Below are positions 18,059 through 26,516 of a stretch of DNA of 52,775 nt, one piece after another. Both the position numbers and the translations under genes were made by a program. The stretch spans positions 1 through 52,775 of IMG/VR virus record IMGVR_UViG_3300032174_000008, one strand, 5' to 3'. Under the pieces are notes generated by a model that did no database searches, was not told the origin of the DNA, and saw only the letters and a program-made list of their open reading frames with translations. The stretch is from a virus. Taxonomy: Duplodnaviria; Caudoviricetes. Every line of letters starts with the position of its first letter. Within the stretch, counting starts at the first letter, position 1.

Positions 18059-19228
18059 TTATGATCCCCACCATTTAGTCAATTCTTCCAGTGTACCATT
18101 GAATTGGCTGCGGTCATACGAATTTTGTAGTCCGGCGAACCGGCGCGGCTCAGGGCCAAGCGAACCGTCTGTATATTGGTGCAATGTCCAATTAGCCCAG
18201 CCAGCCGGAACGCGCGGATTATCGCCATACGCGGCCAGCCACAATGCGCAATTCACAAGGGCGCTGTTTCCATTCCACCCTAACCCCTGAAGTACGTAGA
18301 AACCCGTGTACAACACCGGCCAGCGCCCAGTACGATCATGCACTTGTTTGACAAACATCTCCGCTTGCACGAGCGTCATACTCGAACCATCGGGGTTGGT
18401 TTCAAGGTCTAACGCAATCAGTGTTTTGTTGTCGGGCTTCGCCGTGTTAAGGAAATGGTTGGCTTGCGCTATGCCGTCTGATCCGTCTGCATAATGATAC
18501 GCGCCCCACAGCAGTCCTTGCGCCGCCGCGTCTGTACGCCTGATAGCGTACCCGCCGTCTACAAAGGTCAAGCCCTGTGTCGCTTTGTGTATGATGGCGG
18601 TCACGCCGGCGGACTTGACGGTTGCCATATCCTCTACCATTGCACGCGCGCCATTCAGGTCAATGATCGTGTTGATTATGGCGGCCGCGACGACTGCTCG
18701 GTTGTACACCAACCCCTGCCACGGAACAGGCGATAATCGCATCGCGTCAAGAAACTGAGCGTTTGATATTTGCCAATTGTGACCATCTTCACGGGTGTTG
18801 GTTCCCTGATTCCACCAGTCGGGATCGTTTACATAAACGAATTGATCGTCTATGCCTACAATCACGACAAAATGCCCAGACGTGTCGCTTATATTTTCCC
18901 GGCCCAATAACGGCTTGTAACTTATCAACGCTAAGCAGGGTCGTCCTGCATCGATTTCGGACTGAATGTAATCTAACCCTAGTTCAACAAGTTTCAACGT
19001 TACGCCATGTCTTGCAGCCAGCGGAATAAGCGCGGTTGTTGTCAATCCGTCGTCGTTCGTTGCCAGTGTTGTTTCTGATGCGAGAGTGTCAATAGGAATA
19101 TTGGGCAGCGGTTGACCGGCTTGTTGTGCTTGGAAGTCGATGTACATGGCGACACACGCCGGACCGCAATCGTTACGGAAACGCCGGGCGTCGGGGTCTT
19201 CCTGAGATCGGTATGGTACGTTCAGCAA
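18059..19228 (-). CDS. Endolysin: C39-like peptidase + GH25 muramidase
   Basis: VPYRSQ...DCGPACVAM...GHFVVIVG...VNDP; IHKATQG...GAYHY...ALDLE...LWLAAY...HQYT. Confidence 0.9.
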   Translation of the reverse strand: MLNVPYRSQEDPDARRFRNDCGPACVAMYIDFQAQQAGQPLPNIPIDTLASETTLATNDDGLTTTALIPLAARHGVTLKLVELGLDYIQSEIDAGRPCLALISYKPLLGRENISDTSGHFVVIVGIDDQFVYVNDPDWWNQGTNTREDGHNWQISNAQFLDAMRLSPVPWQGLVYNRAVVAAAIINTIIDLNGARAMVEDMATVKSAGVTAIIHKATQGLTFVDGGYAIRRTDAAAQGLLWGAYHYADGSDGIAQANHFLNTAKPDNKTLIALDLETNPDGSSMTLVQAEMFVKQVHDRTGRWPVLYTGFYVLQGLGWNGNSALVNCALWLAAYGDNPRVPAGWANWTLHQYTDGSLGPEPRRFAGLQNSYDRSQFNGTLEELTKWWGS

Positions 19229-19229
19229 A

Positions 19230-20267
19230 TCAAAGAAACCTCTGATTGACTATAGCAGTTGCTAGTGCCCCTGCCGCGCTGTCGATAGACGACTTTTCCC
19301 AGCCACCCAAACTGCCGAACGTATAGAGATTCACCCCCACCACGTATGGCGCAACCTGATAGAGGTTTTGCATCTGACCGGCAAAGTGAATCAGCGCGTT
19401 AGCGCCCTCAAATTCGCCGTGTGCGTACTCGTGCCCACACTCACTGATCACGAGGTCAGGCCGCGCGTTGCCTGGCACGGCGGCATACAGCCGCATTGGA
19501 CGCCCCTCAAAGTCGGCTTGATCAGCGCTCAGTTGTCCAACCGGCGTCCCCTGCTGACAGTAGATATGGAGCGTTGCCAGATGTCCGTTCTCCATTGCGT
19601 ATTCAAGCGCTGGCGTCATGGTTGCCCATTGGTCAGGCTCAGGGCCACCAACTGAGTACGAACCAATCACGCCCTGCCGATTTTGCGCTTCGAGTGCCTG
19701 TAACATTCCCAGCCAGAATTGGCCGTGACCTGGCGACCACTTGATCTCGTTGACCAACTGAACCGCAACGCCATGAGGCAACGCGTTAATCCAGCCTAAC
19801 CGCTCATGCACGCACTGTTGACCAAGAGCAAACGCGGCGGCGGGATCGTCGGGGATCGAGGTTATCGTTTCGGATGCGGTGTTGCGAAACACTACATAAT
19901 TTGCACGCACAACGCCCAACAGTTTCGGCTCATTGAGGATCGTCGCGGCTGGCAATGAAACTGTGCCAAGTCCCGCCATTAACTGAGTGGCGGCGGGTAT
20001 CGCGTCCTGGAGGAAGTGCGCGCCAACGATTCGACGTGGCACTGAGGGGGGCACGGTGTTCACCAGGAAATTGGCGGCAACCCATCCAATCGTGTTATCC
20101 GCAAGTGCTATCGCTTGCCATTTGTAGGCGACGCCGTTCAGTGCAGCGTTAATCGTCGGCACATTGATAAGCGTGATCTGCACGCCGTTATTGATAACAC
20201 CGATAAACGGGCCGGCCGGGCGCGTTCTGAGGTTCACGCCACCGGGATTGGAGATAACTACACCCAT
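19230..20267 (-). CDS. SH3-domain glycoside hydrolase-like protein
   Basis: GVNLRTRP...GWVAANFL SH3b domain; TIM-barrel-like LVNE, LHIY, VISECG. Confidence 0.65.
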   Translation of the reverse strand: MGVVISNPGGVNLRTRPAGPFIGVINNGVQITLINVPTINAALNGVAYKWQAIALADNTIGWVAANFLVNTVPPSVPRRIVGAHFLQDAIPAATQLMAGLGTVSLPAATILNEPKLLGVVRANYVVFRNTASETITSIPDDPAAAFALGQQCVHERLGWINALPHGVAVQLVNEIKWSPGHGQFWLGMLQALEAQNRQGVIGSYSVGGPEPDQWATMTPALEYAMENGHLATLHIYCQQGTPVGQLSADQADFEGRPMRLYAAVPGNARPDLVISECGHEYAHGEFEGANALIHFAGQMQNLYQVAPYVVGVNLYTFGSLGGWEKSSIDSAAGALATAIVNQRFL

Positions 20268-20306
20268 TTTAGATGTCCTCTTGGTGTTGGCGCGTAACGA
20301 CTTCGA

Positions 20307-20885
20307 TCAACCGCCAGGCGCGTTTGCCGTGTCGGGCTTTGGCGGCAGGACTGCACTTTGGTCATTGATATTGGTAAACGAGGTTGAGGCATTGCCACTT
20401 TTGGGCGGCACTGGTGCGACAATCGCGGCTCGTATTGCAGCCGTTGGTGTGGTGTTGATCGCGGTGGTTAGATACGTTTCGTTCTTAAGCAAGAACGCAT
20501 GAGCCTCAGAGAATAAATCCTGTGCCCGTGCGACGAACGTAGAGAGGGGTACAAGCGATTTAATCACACCGACTGGTATTGTGATCGCCCCGATGGTCAG
20601 ACTGTCAGGAATGAGCGCATAGATTTTTGTCGCAAGGGCAACCTGATCGACGCTTGACAGTTCTGTGTCGAAATCCATAATTGCGCCGCGCGCCGTTCGT
20701 TCACCGGCTACAACTGCCATAAGCGCCCATTTTTCGAGCGCCTGGAGTACGAGTTGTTCGGTGGGCGTGATCGTTGGATTCTTGCTCAGGCGAAGCAGTT
20801 CACGGTAGCCAAGCGTGAGCAGTAACGCGGCTAATGCGCCGACGAGCAGCGCAACCGCAATCGTCAACAGGGTGGAAACGTCCAT
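20307..20885 (-). CDS. Holin-like membrane protein
   Basis: N-terminal TM helix; lysis-module position. Confidence 0.5.
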   Translation of the reverse strand: MDVSTLLTIAVALLVGALAALLLTLGYRELLRLSKNPTITPTEQLVLQALEKWALMAVVAGERTARGAIMDFDTELSSVDQVALATKIYALIPDSLTIGAITIPVGVIKSLVPLSTFVARAQDLFSEAHAFLLKNETYLTTAINTTPTAAIRAAIVAPVPPKSGNASTSFTNINDQSAVLPPKPDTANAPGG

Positions 20886-20887
20886 AT

Positions 20888-21355
20888 TCAACCTTTCATT
20901 CCGGTTGCCCGGTCAAATTCTGATTTCGATACCGAATACGCAAGGAAATGGTGTTGTCCGTATGGCGTGCCGCTGTAGGTCAAATTCATAAAGGCAAACA
21001 CCAAGAGCGTGTTATCGTTGTTCGCCTGTTTCCAGAACCACACCTCCTCGTCAGGTGCGCCGGTTGCAGCCAACTGGACTTCGGCATACCAGTCGCCGTT
21101 CGCCGGGTATGTGAAATCACCGAAGTAGTGGTTCGGCGTGCTATAACCATCGAAACCAACTGGCACGCCGCGAATAGCTAACACTGACCAGGGATCGACG
21201 TTATCAAGCCAGTTTCGCGTATGCCAATCGTAGACAAACACCACGCGGTTCGTGTCCAGCCCGGCGAAGATGTTGACAGCTCGCTGGTCGGCGTGTGCCG
21301 GCGTGATATTCAGCACGAGCAACAAAAACACCGCAATTAACAGTTTCAAGCGCAA
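20888..21355 (-). CDS. Secreted protein
   Basis: Signal peptide MRLKLLIAVFLLLVLNITPAHA. Confidence 0.7.
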   Translation of the reverse strand: MRLKLLIAVFLLLVLNITPAHADQRAVNIFAGLDTNRVVFVYDWHTRNWLDNVDPWSVLAIRGVPVGFDGYSTPNHYFGDFTYPANGDWYAEVQLAATGAPDEEVWFWKQANNDNTLLVFAFMNLTYSGTPYGQHHFLAYSVSKSEFDRATGMKG

Positions 21356-21357
21356 GA

Positions 21358-22122
21358 TTACGTTCCTTCCTGTTTAGGAGTATCCGCCGGGACAATCGGC
21401 GGCCCATTTACATTTACCGTCTGCACAGCGTCAGGCGGTCGATTTATAGCTTTGCCAAGTGCATCGGCCACGGCCACGCGTACCGTTTCCGCCTGCTCAA
21501 TGCGCATGGTTTCGACTTTGGCCGTGAGCGCTTTCATATCCGCCGACAGCGCTGTGATGATGATGTCGGGGTCGGTTTTGTTGGTGTTGATTGCGGCTTC
21601 CAATCTAGCACCCATCGCCTTGATCTCTTCGACGAGAAGCTCAAAAAGGGATTTAGTGTTGTCATTAACCATATTAACCGCCAATCCAAGTTGGTCAACC
21701 ACCTTATCGGTACTTTTATCGGTTTGCGCTTGCGTTTGTTCACCGAGACTGGCAAACTGACGCGCCCGAAGTGATGTGTCATCGGCGGTACGCGTTTTCA
21801 AATCTCCGATGTGTGCGACCAACTCCTTCAAGATTTGATCGGTTGTATCTCGTGCCGCCTCGCGCGCCTGCAATCGCGCTATTTGCTTTTGTTGTTCTTC
21901 ATACTGGCTCTGTACGATTTGAAGGTTCTTGAGGTCGGATGCGCGCACGGCCTCATCTAATTCAATGCTTGCCGCTGCCGTTTTCTGCTTAGCGATTTTG
22001 AGTTCAGCGTTTGCCGCGTCCAATTTTCGACGGTAATGAATACGAGAACCAACCCAGACGCTACCGGCAGCAATTAACATTGCGATAGCGGTATAGATTG
22101 CGCTGGAGATTTCAGGCGGCAT
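21358..22122 (-). CDS. TM-anchored coiled-coil protein, lysis-associated
   Basis: N-terminal TM helix then long heptad region. Confidence 0.65.
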   Translation of the reverse strand: MPPEISSAIYTAIAMLIAAGSVWVGSRIHYRRKLDAANAELKIAKQKTAAASIELDEAVRASDLKNLQIVQSQYEEQQKQIARLQAREAARDTTDQILKELVAHIGDLKTRTADDTSLRARQFASLGEQTQAQTDKSTDKVVDQLGLAVNMVNDNTKSLFELLVEEIKAMGARLEAAINTNKTDPDIIITALSADMKALTAKVETMRIEQAETVRVAVADALGKAINRPPDAVQTVNVNGPPIVPADTPKQEGT

Positions 22123-22132
22123 GATTAACCCT

Positions 22133-22513
22133 TTAGCAGGTCCGATTAGGATCGTAGATCAGATAGTACAACGGCGTGGTATCTGACGTTTGCCAGGCAT
22201 ATAAGTATATCTGCACGTTACCGTTCTGGCTGACAACGCCGGTCGCCCAACCGCCCTGATAGAAGTTCAGCGCCTCGTCTTGAGAATACAACCAGGCGCC
22301 ATTGGCGTTGTCGATGATAGACAGATGCAGCCCAACTGGTGAACCGGACAACGGGCCACCTTTGATGATCAATTTGGCAAGTTCGCCGCCGCCGAGTTGT
22401 GGACCGGCGCACTGGTAAATTTCCGTCCAACCGCTGGCAACAATGTTATGTGGTCGAATCGGAACGATCACGGACAACGCGATTAACGCGGTAATTAGCA
22501 GTCGTTTGAACAT
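22133..22513 (-). CDS. Secreted protein
   Basis: AGGAG SD before MFKRLLITALIALSVIVP signal peptide. Confidence 0.65.
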   Translation of the reverse strand: MFKRLLITALIALSVIVPIRPHNIVASGWTEIYQCAGPQLGGGELAKLIIKGGPLSGSPVGLHLSIIDNANGAWLYSQDEALNFYQGGWATGVVSQNGNVQIYLYAWQTSDTTPLYYLIYDPNRTC

Positions 22514-22524
22514 ACCCGATACTC

Positions 22525-23859
22525 CTACGCCCCCATGAGGCTCATTGCTGACAGGCTGATAAAATCGCCATTGCACTGCGCGGTAGCTGTACCCGCGTTC
22601 GTCTTCCATTGTATCTTGAAAGTCGTTGACACGCCCGCCGATAACCCGGTGACGATCACGCTGATTGAGATTGGAATATGCGCCGTGCTTGTCTGATCGT
22701 AACGCGCCAATCCGTTAGTTCCGCCCCACCGCACGCCGTTTACCGCAACGTCTACATTGACCGTAGCGCCGGTGGTCGTGATGGATGGAATTTGAACAGT
22801 TACCAGCGCCTTTGTACCAACCGGAACAATCGTCACAGCCAGGTTGGTGGTATCCATGTCTGTAAACGATGTGGAGGCAGTCGTATAATCCGCACCGTTG
22901 TTGAATTTGGCCTCGGCGTTGGTCAACCCTTTTTGGAAGATATAGCCCAGATTGTCAGCGTTGACGCGCGAAGCATCGACAAACGCGGGAATTAGACCGC
23001 TGCCCGATGTGGTAGACATGGCGTAGGCAAATGCGCCAATCGATCCAATCGGCCCGGTGAAACTTGCTTGTTTTGCTGTGCCGGATTGAACCAGAGCATT
23101 ACCGTTTGTTATGGCGTTGTTGGTATTTACCCACCCGATGCCTTTGACAAGTATCAGCCCGTTACGCGCCGATCCGATACGTCCCACCACAACCCCGGCC
23201 ACGTTCTGATCGGCTACCGTTGTGCTTGTCGTTACAGCCTGCTGTGCGGTTGTGTCCCATACCACCACGTCGCCAGTAACTAGCGTTTGCCCGCTGTTGT
23301 TGAGAACAGTCATGTACAACCCTTGCGGCATGGAGGCAGGCGTTGCGCGCGGGGTGATATTCGCAGTGGTAATCGTCGCCGCGCCATTGGCTACGGTGAC
23401 ATCGGCAAGCGGAATCTCCCACGTTACGCCTGCTGATTGGATGAGTGTCGGCGGCACTGGTGAGCCGGCGGGAGTGCCCTGGTTGACCTGGACGACGGCG
23501 GTTTGTGCCACGTAATCAAGGTGAATTACCACCGTGTCAATGCGGGTCAAACCGGAAACGTTCGCGCCGATAACCAGGTTGTTGATCGCCGTCGCCTCAA
23601 CAAAAGTGCCATTGACAACTGCCATTCCAGTTCCCACGTTTACGCTCATGTTCGGTGCAATGGCCTGGTACACGTCTAGCCCGAAACCAACGAGCAGCAG
23701 CGGCGGGGCCGATGATCGATTGGAGCCGAGGATAATTCCACTTTCAGCGCCAGTATTACGGTACAGTCCATCGAAAAACGCCGCGAATTGCGCCGCGCTG
23801 TACGGGCCTGCCGATCCGGGTGTTGTGCCCTGCCACGGGAACGAATTCAAAGGGGCCAT
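22525..23859 (-). CDS. Baseplate / tail fibre protein
   Basis: MSVNVGTGMAVVNG...RIDTVV...WEIPLADVTV baseplate motif; T/G/A-rich C-terminus. Confidence 0.8.
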   Translation of the reverse strand: MAPLNSFPWQGTTPGSAGPYSAAQFAAFFDGLYRNTGAESGIILGSNRSSAPPLLLVGFGLDVYQAIAPNMSVNVGTGMAVVNGTFVEATAINNLVIGANVSGLTRIDTVVIHLDYVAQTAVVQVNQGTPAGSPVPPTLIQSAGVTWEIPLADVTVANGAATITTANITPRATPASMPQGLYMTVLNNSGQTLVTGDVVVWDTTAQQAVTTSTTVADQNVAGVVVGRIGSARNGLILVKGIGWVNTNNAITNGNALVQSGTAKQASFTGPIGSIGAFAYAMSTTSGSGLIPAFVDASRVNADNLGYIFQKGLTNAEAKFNNGADYTTASTSFTDMDTTNLAVTIVPVGTKALVTVQIPSITTTGATVNVDVAVNGVRWGGTNGLARYDQTSTAHIPISISVIVTGLSAGVSTTFKIQWKTNAGTATAQCNGDFISLSAMSLMGA

Positions 23860-23869
23860 TGTTTAGCTT

Positions 23870-25078
23870 TCATATTGCAAACCATTGATTTTGATAACTG
23901 ATACTTGCCGACGAATTCGCGCCAAAACCGGGCATAACGATGTTGAACACGTTCACGCCGTTCGGCACTTCGGGGTTGCCGCGAATATTGAAGTCCACGA
24001 GGTCGGAGGTCGGTCCCAATTCGCTGAAGAAATCGTTCCCGTTCGCATCCGTGACCGACAATTGGCCCGGTGTTGTGTTGATTATCCGTGTCTGACCGTC
24101 AGCCAATGGCACGGACATCACGATATACACGCCGGTTGAAACGTTCAGGATCGTGCAAAACGTGTACCGTCCGGTCAGCGTGATGATCGGGTAGCCGTAC
24201 CATGAGCCGGGGTATGTGATTGTGCCGGTCATCAATATGCCATTTGTCCCGAACACAATCGGAAACGTGATCGGGAACACGAGATTTTGCTGTGCAGCAA
24301 CCGGGAACAACGTAACTTGAGTCGCCGGGTCAAACCAGATGGGATTGAACGCAGTGAAGTTCACTTCCTCATCCACATACCACCCAGACTCGCGTTGTGG
24401 ATCTTTGGGCAGCGACATACCGGGATCGGCCCGCACAATGATCGAGCGCTGGTTAGTCGTGCCGTTGCCGGAATACGGATACAGCGAAGAGTAGATCGCT
24501 GTTCCGATATTGTGACCCGTGGGTCCCACTTTGTTAACGAACCGTTGAACTAGGAGCGTGTTGGTTGTGTAATTGATGCCCGTAATAAGCATCTGTTCAA
24601 AATTGATTTGAATAAGTTGACCGACAAAAAAGCGCGGGGTACGGCCCCAGTAATCAACGCCGCTAGCATTGTTTACCACGAACGACGTTTGGCTAACGCC
24701 GATGTTCGGGCAAAAGTCGCCAGAATTCTGAATGACAAGCGGTTGACTGTCATCCGACCCGCCGCGAATAACGGTCAACGTCAGCGGTCCCAGCCGGTTG
24801 TGGCGGAGGAACTCATGCAGTGTGGCACGGTTTTGCCAGTACTGGGATCGGCTCTGCGCTTTGCTGTAGTGCAGCTGTAGCGTGATTGGGCGCTTTTGAA
24901 GTGTCCAACCAACTTCAGTCTCGCCATGTTGGCGGTAGCCCTGCTTAGTCGTCCACGTTACCGGCGGGGCGCCGAACCCTCCCCATGTCACAACCGATAT
25001 ATCCTGGTTGGGCATGGTCAACACAAGTCCATCGGCTGTGGTGAGGCTAAAGAAGTCGCCTATCTGTGAGCGCGTCAT
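23870..25078 (-). CDS. Distal tail protein (Dit-like) with inserted domain
   Basis: RPITLQL, FTAFNPIWF, FPITFPIVF, YPIITLTG motifs. Confidence 0.75.
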   Translation of the reverse strand: MTRSQIGDFFSLTTADGLVLTMPNQDISVVTWGGFGAPPVTWTTKQGYRQHGETEVGWTLQKRPITLQLHYSKAQSRSQYWQNRATLHEFLRHNRLGPLTLTVIRGGSDDSQPLVIQNSGDFCPNIGVSQTSFVVNNASGVDYWGRTPRFFVGQLIQINFEQMLITGINYTTNTLLVQRFVNKVGPTGHNIGTAIYSSLYPYSGNGTTNQRSIIVRADPGMSLPKDPQRESGWYVDEEVNFTAFNPIWFDPATQVTLFPVAAQQNLVFPITFPIVFGTNGILMTGTITYPGSWYGYPIITLTGRYTFCTILNVSTGVYIVMSVPLADGQTRIINTTPGQLSVTDANGNDFFSELGPTSDLVDFNIRGNPEVPNGVNVFNIVMPGFGANSSASISYQNQWFAI

Positions 25079-25392
25079 CAGTTGACCGCCTGAGCATCGT
25101 CAGTAATTCTAAGCCAATGAGATGTTGCCGGGTTCCAGTAGGCAATCACGCCGGTTCCATGTCCAGCCGATTCGCCGATCTTGCGCCCGTCAATCACCCA
25201 GTACAGATCACCGCCCGTGTTGTTTGTCGTGGGCAGGTTGGCGAGCAACAGGTTTTGAACGCCGCCCGCAACTTCAGCCCGTTCGCGCGCGGTGTTGACG
25301 AGGGTTACATTTGCTTTGAGTGCCCGTATCTCAGACTTGAGCTTTTGCCACATTAATTCTTCGAGTGAAGGCAAGTTGCTGTTTTCTGGCAT
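25078..25392 (-). CDS. Minor tail protein
   Basis: 1-nt overlaps with tail-tip genes. Confidence 0.6.
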   Translation of the reverse strand: MPENSNLPSLEELMWQKLKSEIRALKANVTLVNTARERAEVAGGVQNLLLANLPTTNNTGGDLYWVIDGRKIGESAGHGTGVIAYWNPATSHWLRITDDAQAVN

Positions 25393-26516
25393 TAGATTAT
25401 TGACACCGTGGTTTGTATGGTCTCACCCTGCTGTGAGATAAAGGCCTCAATTCCAGTGATTCTCAAATCGGCACTGTATCCCGCATACGAGACCGAGATT
25501 AGATCTCCGAGAAAATAATCTTGCTGGTACAAATTGCCGGGTTCTGTCCCTAATCCTTTAAACGTAAAACTCGGTGCATACCCATTCTTCTTGAGGCTTG
25601 CGCGCGCCGCCGTCAACAAGCCCGTTGCATCGCCCTTCTGTACGTTTGTGCTCGTGTCCGTGTACTCGATGTAATTGAATGGGCTGTCTAATGCACTGTC
25701 AGCAGCCGAGATGAGAAACTCGCGGTTCACGTCCTGCCCCTGACCAAGCGCGTACACGACGTTTTTTTCAGCTTTGCGATCCTGTAGCAAGTTCGGGTCG
25801 CTCAGATTGCCGCGTTGCGGATTGAGTAGCACGAACGGCCCCCACGGGTAATGTGTGCTTTGCCGTCTGTCCGTGCCAATGGTTGCGATGTCAAGCTCCA
25901 TTGCCGCGCCGGTTGTGCGTTGGATGTTGAAGTCCACGCCGCCGCGCGCCGTCGCGTCCTGAAACGTCTTGTACAGGTCATCGAACCGCAACCGATAACC
26001 GACCCCCAGTCCGACGCCCAACGGCACTGGAATAGATAACCCTGGACACTGACGGGCGATTGACGCACCCGGCCCCAGATTGTAATTGGCGTAATGCCAT
26101 AACACCATGTCAGCCGGGCCGGCTTGCGTGCTGTATCCACCCGCCGCGCTGGGATCATCGAATGGATTGACCACCCGCCGCGCTACGAGGTGGTTCAGGT
26201 GCAACCCGCCGATGACAAGGTTTTCAATGTTCGTTTGTCTGTAAACGTTGAAGTATCGCGCAAAATAGTAATCCTCTACTGCCAACAATCCAGTAACCGG
26301 GCTTGTGCGCATTACCTGTATGATGCTGTCCAGTTTGAAAGCTGACGCGGTTTCTGGCGTATACGGCAACGTTATCGTAATTACACCCACGTCGTTAAGA
26401 ATGCGTGAATAGCGGAGATCGAAGAATGTCACGCTATCGAAAACAGCGCTCGTCAACCCGGTGACCGGATCGGTCACGACGACTTGAAACGCGGGTTGAG
26501 TAAACGCTACAGGCAT
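25392..26516 (-). CDS. Siphovirus Gp37-like tail-tip protein
   Basis: NVVYALGQGQ...R, YQQDYFLGDLISV. Confidence 0.8.
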   Translation of the reverse strand: MPVAFTQPAFQVVVTDPVTGLTSAVFDSVTFFDLRYSRILNDVGVITITLPYTPETASAFKLDSIIQVMRTSPVTGLLAVEDYYFARYFNVYRQTNIENLVIGGLHLNHLVARRVVNPFDDPSAAGGYSTQAGPADMVLWHYANYNLGPGASIARQCPGLSIPVPLGVGLGVGYRLRFDDLYKTFQDATARGGVDFNIQRTTGAAMELDIATIGTDRRQSTHYPWGPFVLLNPQRGNLSDPNLLQDRKAEKNVVYALGQGQDVNREFLISAADSALDSPFNYIEYTDTSTNVQKGDATGLLTAARASLKKNGYAPSFTFKGLGTEPGNLYQQDYFLGDLISVSYAGYSADLRITGIEAFISQQGETIQTTVSII

